Notes under the pieces: generated by a model
What the model was told of the DNA's origin: nothing
Databases searched by the model: none
The model's input: the letters and a program-made list of their open reading frames with translations, nothing else
Source: Candidatus Kapaibacterium sp.
GTDB taxonomy: Bacteria > Bacteroidota > Ignavibacteria > Kapaibacteriales > UBA2268
Direction of reading: 5' to 3'
NCBI GenBank assembly: GCA_032027125.1
Contig: JAVSMQ010000001.1
Location: 2,886,778-2,950,777 of the forward strand
Length of the DNA: 64,000 nucleotides
Shown here: piece by piece, positions 1 to 9,182 of the stretch
How the letters are laid out: every line of letters begins with the position of its first letter
Position numbering within the stretch: position 1 is the stretch's first letter
Position numbers and translations under genes: made by a program

Positions 1-536
1 GCTGTTATCATTATTTTCGGGAAGCCATCAGTGTAATTGATATTGGAGGTCAGGATAATAAAATTATAAAACTTGATGGCGGTGGAAAACGAATAAATTT
101 TAAAATGAACAGAAAATGTGCTGCAGGTACAGGTGCATTTCTTGAAGAAATGGCGATGAGACTTGATGTACCATTGGAAGAGATGAACAGTCTTGCTGAA
201 AGTTCTACCGAAATGGTTAGAATAGGCAGTTTCTGCACTGTTTTTTCGGCTACCGAAGTTTTGGAAAACATCCGTATGGGTAAAAAAGTCTCTGATCTGG
301 CAAAGGGTTTGTTTTATTCGGTTATTAAGAGAGTTCTGGAAATGGATAAGCTTGAAGGGAAAGTAATAATGACCGGCGGAGTAGTTGCTTACAATCCTTT
401 GTTAGTTAAAATGACAAGTGAAGAGCTCGGAGAGGATGTTTTTGTTACACCATATCCGCAGCTTACAGGTGCAATAGGAGCGGCTTTATACGCATTGGAA
501 ACCGTAAATGAAAAGATAGAGGTAAATAATGGCTGA
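1..536 (+). CDS. BadF/BadG/BcrA/BcrD (HgdC-type) ATPase, 3' part; gene continues upstream of the window
   Basis: Frame is open from base 3; translation contains VIDIGGQDNKIIKL and MNRKCAAGTGAFLEEM, typical of the actin/sugar-kinase-fold activator ATPases of benzoyl-CoA reductase / 2-hydroxyacyl-CoA dehydratase; the ORF track lists only the part from the internal Met at 105. Confidence 0.8.
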   Translation, partial: CYHYFREAISVIDIGGQDNKIIKLDGGGKRINFKMNRKCAAGTGAFLEEMAMRLDVPLEEMNSLAESSTEMVRIGSFCTVFSATEVLENIRMGKKVSDLAKGLFYSVIKRVLEMDKLEGKVIMTGGVVAYNPLLVKMTSEELGEDVFVTPYPQLTGAIGAALYALETVNEKIEVNNG

Positions 537-1773
537 ACAAAATATTATAAAGAGAAAGAAAATTGCAGCTACCGAGCTTATGAACAGGTATATGGCAGAG
601 TATTTTCTTGAATTAGACAGATGTGCCAATACCGGCGAGAAAAAAGTTGCCTGGTGCACAAGTGTCGGACCTGCGGAACTTTTACATTCTCTGGGTTTTG
701 CAGTTCATTATCCTGAAAATCACGGTGCAATGCTTGGTGCTGCAAGGATGGCTTCAGACCTGATTCCATACGCAAATGCTCTGGGATATTCACCCGATAT
801 TTGTTCATATCTGACAGCCGATATTGGCTCTTATGTCACAAATAATACACCTCTGACAAAAGCTTTCGGTATTAAAAATGTACCCAAACCGGATGTGCTT
901 GTATTTGATACAAATCAATGCCGTGATGTGCAGGATTGGATGTCCTGGTATGCCCGTGAATTAAATGTACCGATTATGGGTGTTTATGCTCCCAAATACC
1001 CTGCTCAAATTACCGAAACACACGTCCGGTCTATGGCAAAGCAGACAGAAGATTTGGTCAAACCGCTGGAACAAATCTCCGGAAATAAATTCGATATAGA
1101 TAAACTAAGAGAAGTACTAAAGCTTTCGAGGGAATGTACCGAGTTATGGGGTCAAGTACTTCGTACTGCTGCGACATTGCCGTCACCGTTAACATTCTTT
1201 GACGGTACAATTCATATGGGTCCTGCAGTAGTACTCAGGGGAACGACTCAGGCGATTGATTATTACCGTGTACTGCTTAAAGAATTAGAAGATAGAGCCG
1301 CAAATGGTGAAGGTGCTGTCGAAAATGAAAAATTCCGTTTATATTGGGATGGTATGCCGATTTGGGGCAGGATAAGAGCACATTCGGAACTTTTTGGGGG
1401 GTTGGATACCTGCGTTCTTGCATCAACATACTGTAATAGCTGGATATTTTCAGCTTTTGATGAAACTGACCCCTTCCAAAGTATGGCAAGAGCTTATGCT
1501 GAAATATTTATTGTTCTGTCGGATGATTCAAAAGAAAAATATATCAAAAATATGCTTGAATTTTATCATATTGACGGAATTATTTATCACGATTCAAAAA
1601 CCTGCCCTGCTAACTCAAACTGCCGGTACGGTATGCACAAACGCATTGAAAATGCAACCGGAGTGCCAAGTCTTGTTATAAACGGCGACCTGAATGATAT
1701 GAGATTAGTATCTGACGAACAGACGAAAACAAATGTAGAAGCATTTATTGAACAGCTTGAGGAGAATAAATAA
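529..1773 (+). CDS. HgdA/HgdB/BcrB/BcrC-family subunit (benzoyl-CoA reductase or 2-hydroxyacyl-CoA dehydratase component)
   Basis: 414 aa; start overlaps the upstream ATPase stop by 8 nt (translational coupling); family-level resemblance (VAWCTSVGPAELL, Cys-containing motifs) to the D-component / Bcr B,C subunits; context with ATPase. Confidence 0.6.
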   Translation: MAEQNIIKRKKIAATELMNRYMAEYFLELDRCANTGEKKVAWCTSVGPAELLHSLGFAVHYPENHGAMLGAARMASDLIPYANALGYSPDICSYLTADIGSYVTNNTPLTKAFGIKNVPKPDVLVFDTNQCRDVQDWMSWYARELNVPIMGVYAPKYPAQITETHVRSMAKQTEDLVKPLEQISGNKFDIDKLREVLKLSRECTELWGQVLRTAATLPSPLTFFDGTIHMGPAVVLRGTTQAIDYYRVLLKELEDRAANGEGAVENEKFRLYWDGMPIWGRIRAHSELFGGLDTCVLASTYCNSWIFSAFDETDPFQSMARAYAEIFIVLSDDSKEKYIKNMLEFYHIDGIIYHDSKTCPANSNCRYGMHKRIENATGVPSLVINGDLNDMRLVSDEQTKTNVEAFIEQLEENK

Positions 1774-1775
1774 TT

Positions 1776-3863
1776 ATGTTACATTCCTTATTTCACCCAA
1801 AATCAGTTGCTATTATAGGGGCATCTACAAAAGATTTGTCAATTGGAAATGTGATAACAAAAAATTTATTACATTATAAATTTAACGGTGCAATTTATCC
1901 CATTAATCCTTCTGCACCTGAAGTCCGCGGTGTAAAAGCCTATCCTTCAGTACTTGACTGTCCCGGTGATGTTGACCTTGTTCATATTTCAATTCCGAGT
2001 AAATTTGTCCCTGCCGCTATTGATGAATGCGGTAGAAAAGGTGTTAAGAATATCATTATTAACAGTGCAGGATTTAAAGAAATCGGTCCTATTGGAATTG
2101 CTCTCGAGAAAGAATCTATTGAAATTGCAAAAAAATACGGAATGAGGATTTTTGGTCCTAACTGTCAGGGAATTATAAATACTCATCCTGACTACAAGGC
2201 GTACTGCGATTTCACCTTTACATATCCAAAACCCGGCAATATCTCCATTGTTGCTCAAAGCGGCGGAGTCGGCGCTGTACTGATGCAGCGTTTTTATGAC
2301 CTTGATATCGGATTGCGGTTCTATGCATCCAATGGTAATGCCTGCGATGTTTCAATACCTGAAATTATTGAGTATTACGGAAATGATGAAGAAACAAAAG
2401 TAATTGTTCTATATGTAGAGGCATTTGCAAATCCGCTCGAATTTTTGGAAACAGCCCGCAAAGTTACAGCAAAAAAACCAATTCTTGCTATGCGTTCAGG
2501 CAGAACAGAGCAGGGTGCAAAAGCATCAATGTCGCATACCGGCGGGCTTGCCGGAGCCGGACTCTCAACCGAATTAATATTTAAGAAAACCGGTATTGTG
2601 ACTTTTCGAGATGAAGAGGAAATGTGTCAGGCAGCTATTGCTTTTTCTTTGCAGCCGATTCCAAAAAGTAACAGAGTCGGCATTATTACCGATACAGGAG
2701 GTCCTGCAATTATAGCAACAGACAGTCTTGTCGAAGGCGGTCTTGAAATGCCGGATTTAAGCGGCAACGCAAAATTGTTTTTAAAAGATAAATTATATGC
2801 CGAAGCATCTATTGCCAATCCTATTGATGTTTTGGCTACTGCGGCTGCAGTTCACTGGCGTGCAGCTATGGATGCTCTAATGGATGATGAGCAGATTGAC
2901 AGCATTTATATAAATTTCGTGACACCGCCCTTTGTAGATTGTGAAGCAGTTGCAAGGGAAATGGCTGAAATCAGTAATATGAGAAAAAAGCCCGTAATAT
3001 GCAATTATATGACAGATAAAGAGCCGTGGACTGCTACAACTGCCATATTGAAATCCGGTAATATACCTTGCTATGATTTCCCTGAGATGGCAGCAAAAGC
3101 ACTTTCCTCATTGGTTGGGTATCGTAATATATTAAACCGTAAAATTGAAGAACCGAGAATATTTCCTGATACTGATAAAGATATTGTTGTAGCGATAATT
3201 GAAAATTGTTACAATGAAAACAGATTGATTCTCAATTCCGGTGAAGTCTATTCAATTCTGAGAGCTTATGGAATTAATACAGTCCCGTGTGCATTGCTTT
3301 CAAATATTGATGATGTAGTTTCAGCATCTGAATCTATTGGATATCCACTCGTGCTCAAAGCTGATTCCCCAAAAATCATTCATAAAAGTGATACCGGCGG
3401 TGTTATTTTAAATCTGAAAAATTCTGATGAATTGAGAAAAGCCGCTGTTGAAATGGCTCGAAAATATGATGCGCACGATTTGAAATTCTTTATACAAAAG
3501 TATATTCCGGGAGGTAAAGAGATTATTATCGGTGCTGCTGCAGAACCTGGTCTCGGACATATTATAATGTTCGGACTTGGCGGCGTTCTGGTTGAACTGC
3601 TTAAAGATGTTTCTTTCTGTTTGACACCGGTTTCCCGACCCGAAGCATTAGAAATGACAGAGACAATCAAAACAGCACAGATTTTGAAAGGATATCGCGG
3701 CGACAAAGGTGTTGACATTCCTAAATTAATTGAAACAATTCAAAGGATTTCCCGGTTAGTTACAGAAAATCCTCAAATAGCTGAAATGGATTTAAATCCT
3801 GTTACGGCTTTTGAAAATGATGTTTTTGTTTTAGATGCCAGAATTAAATTACAAAATAAATAA
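1776..3863 (+). CDS. acyl-CoA synthetase (NDP/ADP-forming), fused alpha/beta (acetate--CoA ligase ADP-forming family)
   Basis: 695 aa; N-terminal CoA-binding domain KSVAIIGAS, succinyl-CoA-synthetase-like ligase domain, C-terminal ATP-grasp; starts 3 nt after the upstream stop. Confidence 0.8.
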   Translation: MLHSLFHPKSVAIIGASTKDLSIGNVITKNLLHYKFNGAIYPINPSAPEVRGVKAYPSVLDCPGDVDLVHISIPSKFVPAAIDECGRKGVKNIIINSAGFKEIGPIGIALEKESIEIAKKYGMRIFGPNCQGIINTHPDYKAYCDFTFTYPKPGNISIVAQSGGVGAVLMQRFYDLDIGLRFYASNGNACDVSIPEIIEYYGNDEETKVIVLYVEAFANPLEFLETARKVTAKKPILAMRSGRTEQGAKASMSHTGGLAGAGLSTELIFKKTGIVTFRDEEEMCQAAIAFSLQPIPKSNRVGIITDTGGPAIIATDSLVEGGLEMPDLSGNAKLFLKDKLYAEASIANPIDVLATAAAVHWRAAMDALMDDEQIDSIYINFVTPPFVDCEAVAREMAEISNMRKKPVICNYMTDKEPWTATTAILKSGNIPCYDFPEMAAKALSSLVGYRNILNRKIEEPRIFPDTDKDIVVAIIENCYNENRLILNSGEVYSILRAYGINTVPCALLSNIDDVVSASESIGYPLVLKADSPKIIHKSDTGGVILNLKNSDELRKAAVEMARKYDAHDLKFFIQKYIPGGKEIIIGAAAEPGLGHIIMFGLGGVLVELLKDVSFCLTPVSRPEALEMTETIKTAQILKGYRGDKGVDIPKLIETIQRISRLVTENPQIAEMDLNPVTAFENDVFVLDARIKLQNK

Positions 3864-3875
3864 TATATAAATATT

Positions 3876-4844
3876 ATGGATACACAGAAATATAGAATAG
3901 GAATTGTAGGTTTGGGACCTGTCGGAATGATTCTTGCAGTACATTTCAAACAGGCAGGATGCAGAGTTGCCATTTGCGACTCTAATCACGATAAAATCGA
4001 ATTGATTAAAGAGCAGGGCATAAATTTATTCGGAGCATTAGATAAGTCTGCTTCATTTAAGGAAATTTATTATTCGCTTGATGACCTTTTAGACAGCAAG
4101 GTTGATTTACTCGTGAGTTGTGTGAAAACTTACCGTGTCAAAAGTATTATTGAAACAATAAAAAATCATAAATCTGATTTTCATTTACTTAGTGCTCAAA
4201 ATGGCATTGACATCGGGCAAAAGTATATAGAATGTGTTGATGAGTCAAAGATTTTACGGATGGTAATAAATTTTGCAGGGAATTATGCCGGTCTGAATGA
4301 AATTAAAGTGTCCTTTTCCAAACCGCCGCATTTGATAGCATCAATAAACGATATGTGCACTGATGTTGCTGAATGGATAGCATCAATTCTTACTTTTACA
4401 GATCAGGAAACGCGGGTAATTGATTCATTTTCAATTTTTGATGAAGTATGGAAAAAAACTATCTTAGTATCCTCAATCAGTCCTTTGTGCGGGATTTCAA
4501 AACTTACAATTAAGGAGGCTATGAAATCAAGCGACACAATCGAAGTCATTGAGCAGACACTTCTTGAATCAATGCAGGTTGCTAAAGCTGAAGGAATTAA
4601 ATTTGACGATAATTTTGTAAAAATTTGTCTTCGCGATTTGCGAAATACCGGTGACCATTTTCCATCACTCGGAGTTGATATTTTAAATGGCGGTGAAACT
4701 GAAATTGATTATAATAATGGAAAAATTGTTGATTACGGCAGAAAGCACTATATCCAGACACCCCTTAACCTGACATTTACTAATTTAGTAAATGCCGTAT
4801 CCAACAAGAATTTAGGAAAGATATTGAAAATCTATAAAATGTAA
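3876..4844 (+). CDS. 2-dehydropantoate 2-reductase (ApbA/PanE) family NAD(P)H-dependent 2-oxoacid reductase
   Basis: 322 aa; N-terminal Rossmann motif IGIVGLGPVGMILA; paralog of 5985..6950. Confidence 0.7.
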   Translation: MDTQKYRIGIVGLGPVGMILAVHFKQAGCRVAICDSNHDKIELIKEQGINLFGALDKSASFKEIYYSLDDLLDSKVDLLVSCVKTYRVKSIIETIKNHKSDFHLLSAQNGIDIGQKYIECVDESKILRMVINFAGNYAGLNEIKVSFSKPPHLIASINDMCTDVAEWIASILTFTDQETRVIDSFSIFDEVWKKTILVSSISPLCGISKLTIKEAMKSSDTIEVIEQTLLESMQVAKAEGIKFDDNFVKICLRDLRNTGDHFPSLGVDILNGGETEIDYNNGKIVDYGRKHYIQTPLNLTFTNLVNAVSNKNLGKILKIYKM

Positions 4845-4863
4845 TTTTTTATTAGGACGATAA

Positions 4864-5979
4864 ATGCCATTAGTGCCTGAACATATAAATAATCTACGAC
4901 CTTATGATCCGGGGAAACCTATGGAAGATGTTATGCGTGAATACAACCTGAAATATGTTGTAAAGCTGGCATCAAACGAAAATCCGCTCGGTGTTTCTCC
5001 CCACGCAATTCAGGCAATGATTGCTTCACTTTATCAGATAAATCGTTATCCTGATATTTCCAGCAAAATCCTGTGTGAAAAGCTGGCAGAAGTTTACAAT
5101 CTTGATGTTGGAAATATTATTACCGGACACGGTTCTGAAGCTATTATGAGTGTTATAGTCAGAACATATCTTTGTGCCGGAGATGAAGTTTTGACATCGG
5201 AAGGTACTTTTGTCGGATTCTATGTAATTGCGAATGCCTGGGGAATTAAACCAATTACTGTTCCTTTGAAAGACTACCGTTTTGATTTGGAAGCAATAGC
5301 TGACGCCATTACACATAAAACCAAAATTATTTATCTTGTAAATCCTAACAATCCAACCGGCAATATTTTTACAAAAATTGAGTTCGACAAATTTATTGAA
5401 CGAGTACCATCATCGGTTATGATAATTCTGGATGAGGCATATCACGAGTTTGTTCAGGGCAGACCTGATTACCCGGACTCTATGGATTACAGACTGAATA
5501 ATATTATTACACTCAGGACTTTCTCAAAGGCTTATGGATTAGCCGGAATAAGGTTAGGCTACGGATTTGGGCATAATGGAGTAATAAAAAATCTAATGAA
5601 AGTGAGACTTCCGTTTGAACCGGGAATACCTTCGCAGATGGCAGGTGTTACTGCATTGAACGATCACCAGTTTCTTGAATACTATCTGGAATTGAATCAG
5701 ATTGGGCTTAAATATTTATACAGTGTATTTGAACGATTCGGAATCAGATATATTAAGTCTGAAGCAAACTTTGTTATGTGTGTTATGGATTCCGCAGCAA
5801 CAGTGGATAATATCATATTCAGGCTGCTTACAAAAGGTGTGATAATCAGAGGACTTAAAGCGTTCGGTCTTCCGCACTGCCTTAGAGTCAGCGTTGGATT
5901 GCAGAAGGAAAATGAATTTTTCGCAGAAAAACTCGAAGAAGTGTTAAATGAAATCAATTTTGAAAGAAAGGTAGTATAA
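4864..5979 (+). CDS. class-II PLP aminotransferase, histidinol-phosphate/aromatic aminotransferase (HisC) family
   Basis: 371 aa; LASNENPLGVSP motif near the N-terminus; PLP-lysine region FSKAYGLAGIRLGY. Confidence 0.75.
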   Translation: MPLVPEHINNLRPYDPGKPMEDVMREYNLKYVVKLASNENPLGVSPHAIQAMIASLYQINRYPDISSKILCEKLAEVYNLDVGNIITGHGSEAIMSVIVRTYLCAGDEVLTSEGTFVGFYVIANAWGIKPITVPLKDYRFDLEAIADAITHKTKIIYLVNPNNPTGNIFTKIEFDKFIERVPSSVMIILDEAYHEFVQGRPDYPDSMDYRLNNIITLRTFSKAYGLAGIRLGYGFGHNGVIKNLMKVRLPFEPGIPSQMAGVTALNDHQFLEYYLELNQIGLKYLYSVFERFGIRYIKSEANFVMCVMDSAATVDNIIFRLLTKGVIIRGLKAFGLPHCLRVSVGLQKENEFFAEKLEEVLNEINFERKVV

Positions 5980-5984
5980 TAAAA

Positions 5985-6950
5985 ATGACTATGGACCCAA
6001 GAAAATATAAAATTGGAATTGTAGGATTAGGACCGGTTGGTCTTATTCTGGCACAACATCTTCACAGCGCCGGATGCAATCTTGCGGTTTGTGATGTAAT
6101 TCAGGAAAAAGTTGATATTATAAGGGCTGAGGGCATTATTTTAACCGGGGTAATTGAAAAAAACGCCCAACTAAATGAAGTCTATGATTCTCTCGGCGAA
6201 CTTCTTCAGAGCAATATTAACATATTAATTTGTGCTGCTAAGGCTTATCACGTTGATAAAATTTTAGACCAGATTGAAGCTTATCATAATGAGAATTTGC
6301 TTATTTTAAGTGCCCAAAACGGTATCGGGGTTGCCCTAAAGTACAGAACTCATTTCCGCGAGTCGAGGATATTCAGAATGGTTGTAAATTTTGCCGGAAA
6401 TATGAATTCACTTAACGGTGTAAATGTAACATTCTTCAATCCGCCGAATTGGATTGCATCAAGGGATGATTCAAGAAGAGATGTAGCAGACTGGATTTCA
6501 AAATTACTTACTTCAGTTGACTTAATAACAGAAAGTACGGATTCTTTCGATATAACTGCAAAAGTCTGGCATAAGACTATATTAAATGCAGCACTCAGCC
6601 CTTTATGTGCGATTTCAAAACTTACAATGCGGGAGGCAATGACAATTCCGGACACTCACGAAATTGTCGAAAAAATTATTATTGAAGCCATTGAAGTTGC
6701 AAAAGCTGAGGATATAACTTTTGAAAAGAATTTTGTTAAACTTTGTTTGAGATATCTTAACAATGCCGGAGACCATTTCCCATCATTGGCTGTGGACCTT
6801 ATAAATAAGCGGGAAACAGAAATTGATTTTATGAATGGAAAGATTGTTGAATACGGCAGAAAACATTATATCCGAACACCATTGAACCTAACATTTACAA
6901 ATCTTGTTCGGGCGATTACAGACAAAAATTTCGGAAGACCTTTTAAATAA
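5985..6950 (+). CDS. ApbA/PanE-family 2-oxoacid reductase (paralog of 3876..4844)
   Basis: 321 aa; IGIVGLGPVGLILA; collinear similarity with the upstream paralog over the whole length. Confidence 0.7.
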   Translation: MTMDPRKYKIGIVGLGPVGLILAQHLHSAGCNLAVCDVIQEKVDIIRAEGIILTGVIEKNAQLNEVYDSLGELLQSNINILICAAKAYHVDKILDQIEAYHNENLLILSAQNGIGVALKYRTHFRESRIFRMVVNFAGNMNSLNGVNVTFFNPPNWIASRDDSRRDVADWISKLLTSVDLITESTDSFDITAKVWHKTILNAALSPLCAISKLTMREAMTIPDTHEIVEKIIIEAIEVAKAEDITFEKNFVKLCLRYLNNAGDHFPSLAVDLINKRETEIDFMNGKIVEYGRKHYIRTPLNLTFTNLVRAITDKNFGRPFK

Positions 6951-6975
6951 TATTATCAGCAAAATTTTCAAAGTT

Positions 6976-7605
6976 ATGAGCAAAACTCAATATAATGATA
7001 CATCGGTTGGAGCAGTTATTCTTGCGTCAGGATTTTCGAGCAGGATGAAGCAGCAGAAACCATTTTTGAGGTTTGATGATAATAAATTATTTATAAATAA
7101 AATTATTGAAAATTTCATAGAATTTGGTTGTGATAAAATTATAGTAACGTTCAATGAAGGTGTTTCACAATGGAATGAATTCATCAGCCAATTTGACAAT
7201 AATCCTTCAATACAATTTGCATCAAATAAGCATCCTGAATATGAAAGATTTTATTCCATTAAAACCGGTTTGGAGTATATCGGGAATCCGGATTACTGCT
7301 TTATCCAGAATGTAGATAATCCATTCATTGATTATGATATTTTGAAAATAATTTACCTGAGCAGAACTGACAGCGGATATACAGTTCCAATTTATGAAGG
7401 AAAAGGGGGGCATCCGGTATTATTAAGCAAATGTGTCATTCAGCAAATTAAAGATGAAAATAATATTGATTTGAATTTAAAGGAATTTTTAACTCGTTTT
7501 GAAAGAATAAATGCAGAAGTAAATTCAGGCAAAATTCATATAAATATTAATACTCAGGAAGAGTATGATAAATTTTTCTTAAATAATAAGCAATTCTCAA
7601 GATGA
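6976..7605 (+). CDS. MobA-like NTP transferase (molybdenum cofactor cytidylyltransferase MocA-like)
   Basis: GAVILASGFSSRM N-terminal nucleotidyltransferase motif; start chosen at ATG 6976 (the longer ORF from 6904 would overlap the upstream gene by 47 nt); lies next to XdhC and XDH-family genes. Confidence 0.6.
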   Translation: MSKTQYNDTSVGAVILASGFSSRMKQQKPFLRFDDNKLFINKIIENFIEFGCDKIIVTFNEGVSQWNEFISQFDNNPSIQFASNKHPEYERFYSIKTGLEYIGNPDYCFIQNVDNPFIDYDILKIIYLSRTDSGYTVPIYEGKGGHPVLLSKCVIQQIKDENNIDLNLKEFLTRFERINAEVNSGKIHININTQEEYDKFFLNNKQFSR

Positions 7606-8363
7606 AAGATTTTTATCAAAAAATTGTTGAATTAAAGGAAGCCGGTACAAATGCTATGCTTTGTACAATTGTTCAAACAAAAGGCTCAACCCCATTGAAA
7701 GCCGGTGCAAAAATGATTGTAATCAGTAAAGAAGCCACTTTTGGTACGGTCGGTGGTGGTAGTATAGAAGCTCAGACAATTGACAAAGCTTTAGAATTAC
7801 TAAGTTCAAATAAACAGGAACTCATTCACATAGAACTATACAGCAAGGAAGGTACAAGCTGCGGAGGCACTGCCGATATTTTTATTGAACCATTGATACA
7901 AAATTATAAATTATATATTTTCGGCGCCGGACACGTAGGTAAAGCTCTGGCATATCTGTCAGAGTCTCTCGATTTTGATATAACTGTTATTGATGATAGA
8001 GGAGGAATATTTAACGATTGGAAGGATGGGAATTATAAACAGGTTGTTACTAAATTCGGGGATTTTCTTAAAGAACTTAAATTTGATGCGAAAGTGTTTA
8101 TAGCGATAATTACTTATAACCATAAAATTGACTGGGAAATACTTTCTTTTTGTGCAGGAAAGCCTTGGTGTTATCTCGGTATGATGGGCAGCCAAAGTAA
8201 GGTAAAAGCTATGAAAAAAGGGCTTTTGAATTTAGGAATCAGCAAGGAAATAATAAATAAAATCAATATGCCGATAGGGATGGAAATCAATTCTGAATCA
8301 GCTACGGAAATTGCTGTCAGTATTGCTGCTCAGATGATAAAGCAGAAGAATGCTGAATGCTGA
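7602..8363 (+). CDS. XdhC/CoxI-family molybdoenzyme maturation protein
   Basis: 253 aa; XdhC N-terminal domain (LCTIVQTKGSTPLKAGAKM) plus Rossmann-like domain (YIFGAGHVGKALA); its stop codon lies inside the heptamer repeat array. Confidence 0.75.
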   Translation: MKDFYQKIVELKEAGTNAMLCTIVQTKGSTPLKAGAKMIVISKEATFGTVGGGSIEAQTIDKALELLSSNKQELIHIELYSKEGTSCGGTADIFIEPLIQNYKLYIFGAGHVGKALAYLSESLDFDITVIDDRGGIFNDWKDGNYKQVVTKFGDFLKELKFDAKVFIAIITYNHKIDWEILSFCAGKPWCYLGMMGSQSKVKAMKKGLLNLGISKEIINKINMPIGMEINSESATEIAVSIAAQMIKQKNAEC

Positions 8364-8534
8364 ATTATGAATGCTGAATGAGAAGAATGCTGAATTATGA
8401 ATGCTGAATGTGAAGAATGATGAATTCTGAATGCTGAATGCTGAATTATGAATGCTGAATGAGAAGAATGCTGAATGATGAATTCTGAATACTGAATGCT
8501 GAATGATGAATGATGAATGTGAAGAATGTTGAAC
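8346..8534. repeat. heptanucleotide tandem array (CTGAATG / ATGAATT variants, with occasional GAAGAATG 9-mers), ~25 units
   Basis: direct reading: ctgaatg ctgaatt atgaatg ctgaatg agaagaatg ...; contiguous, no spacers. Confidence 0.9.
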
Positions 8535-8558
8535 TAAAATATAATTGAGGAGAAATGA

Positions 8559-8912
8559 ATGAAGGAAAATATAGTAGTTGATAAATCATATAAGTTTGCA
8601 ATAAGAATTATTAATTTGTACAAGTTCTTGGTTGCCGAAAAGAAGGAATATGTAATTTCAAAACAAATTCTAAGGAGCGGAACATCAATAGGTGCAAATA
8701 TAAACGAAGCACAATCGGCAGAATCGAAAATGGATTTTGTTCACAAATTAAGCATCTCTGCTAAAGAATCCCGTGAGACTGAATATTGGCTAAAACTATT
8801 GAATGAAACGGATTATATTGATAAAATTTCTTTCGACTCAATATGTTCTGAATGTAATGAATTACTTAAAATTATCAATAGTATTATTTTAACTTCTAAA
8901 GTGCGTAAATAA
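8559..8912 (+). CDS. four-helix-bundle protein (TIGR02436 / 23S rRNA intervening-sequence protein family)
   Basis: 117 aa; KSYKFAIRIINLYKFL...RSGTSIGANINEAQSAESKMDFVHKLSISAKESRETEYWLKLL is characteristic of this family. Confidence 0.75.
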   Translation: MKENIVVDKSYKFAIRIINLYKFLVAEKKEYVISKQILRSGTSIGANINEAQSAESKMDFVHKLSISAKESRETEYWLKLLNETDYIDKISFDSICSECNELLKIINSIILTSKVRK

Positions 8913-9018
8913 TGCTGAATGTGAAGAATTCTGAATGCTGAATTATGAATGCTGAATTATGAATGCTGAATGAGAAGAATGATGAATGAGAAGAATGATG
9001 AATGTTGAATTATGAATA
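8911..9018. repeat. heptanucleotide tandem array (same family), direct orientation
   Basis: aatgctgaatgtgaagaattctgaatgctgaattatgaatgctg... Confidence 0.9.
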
Positions 9019-9110
9019 AATATTTTGGGAGATTGATTGATGAAAAGAATTAGTTTTAAAAGTAATGATTGTAATGAATTATTAAACGTTTTGCTGAATT
9101 TTACAAACTA

Positions 9111-9160
9111 CAATTCAGCATTCAGCATTCTGCATTCAGAATTTAAAGTAACTCAGCATT
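9111..9160. repeat. inverted copy of the heptamer repeat (attcagcattcagcattctgcattcagaat)
   Basis: reverse complement of the CTGAATG array; could pair with 8911..9018 as a long hairpin. Confidence 0.8.
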
Positions 9161-9182
9161 TGTAAATTAAGGAGAAGAAGAA

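Noticed and set aside
1394-1681. 95-aa ORF in an alternative frame within the dehydratase/reductase subunit gene
   Set aside because: Internal overlapping frame on the same strand; spurious.
8346-8534. Possible CRISPR array
   Set aside because: Repeat units are 7-9 bp and directly contiguous with no spacers; no cas genes; this is a microsatellite-like array.
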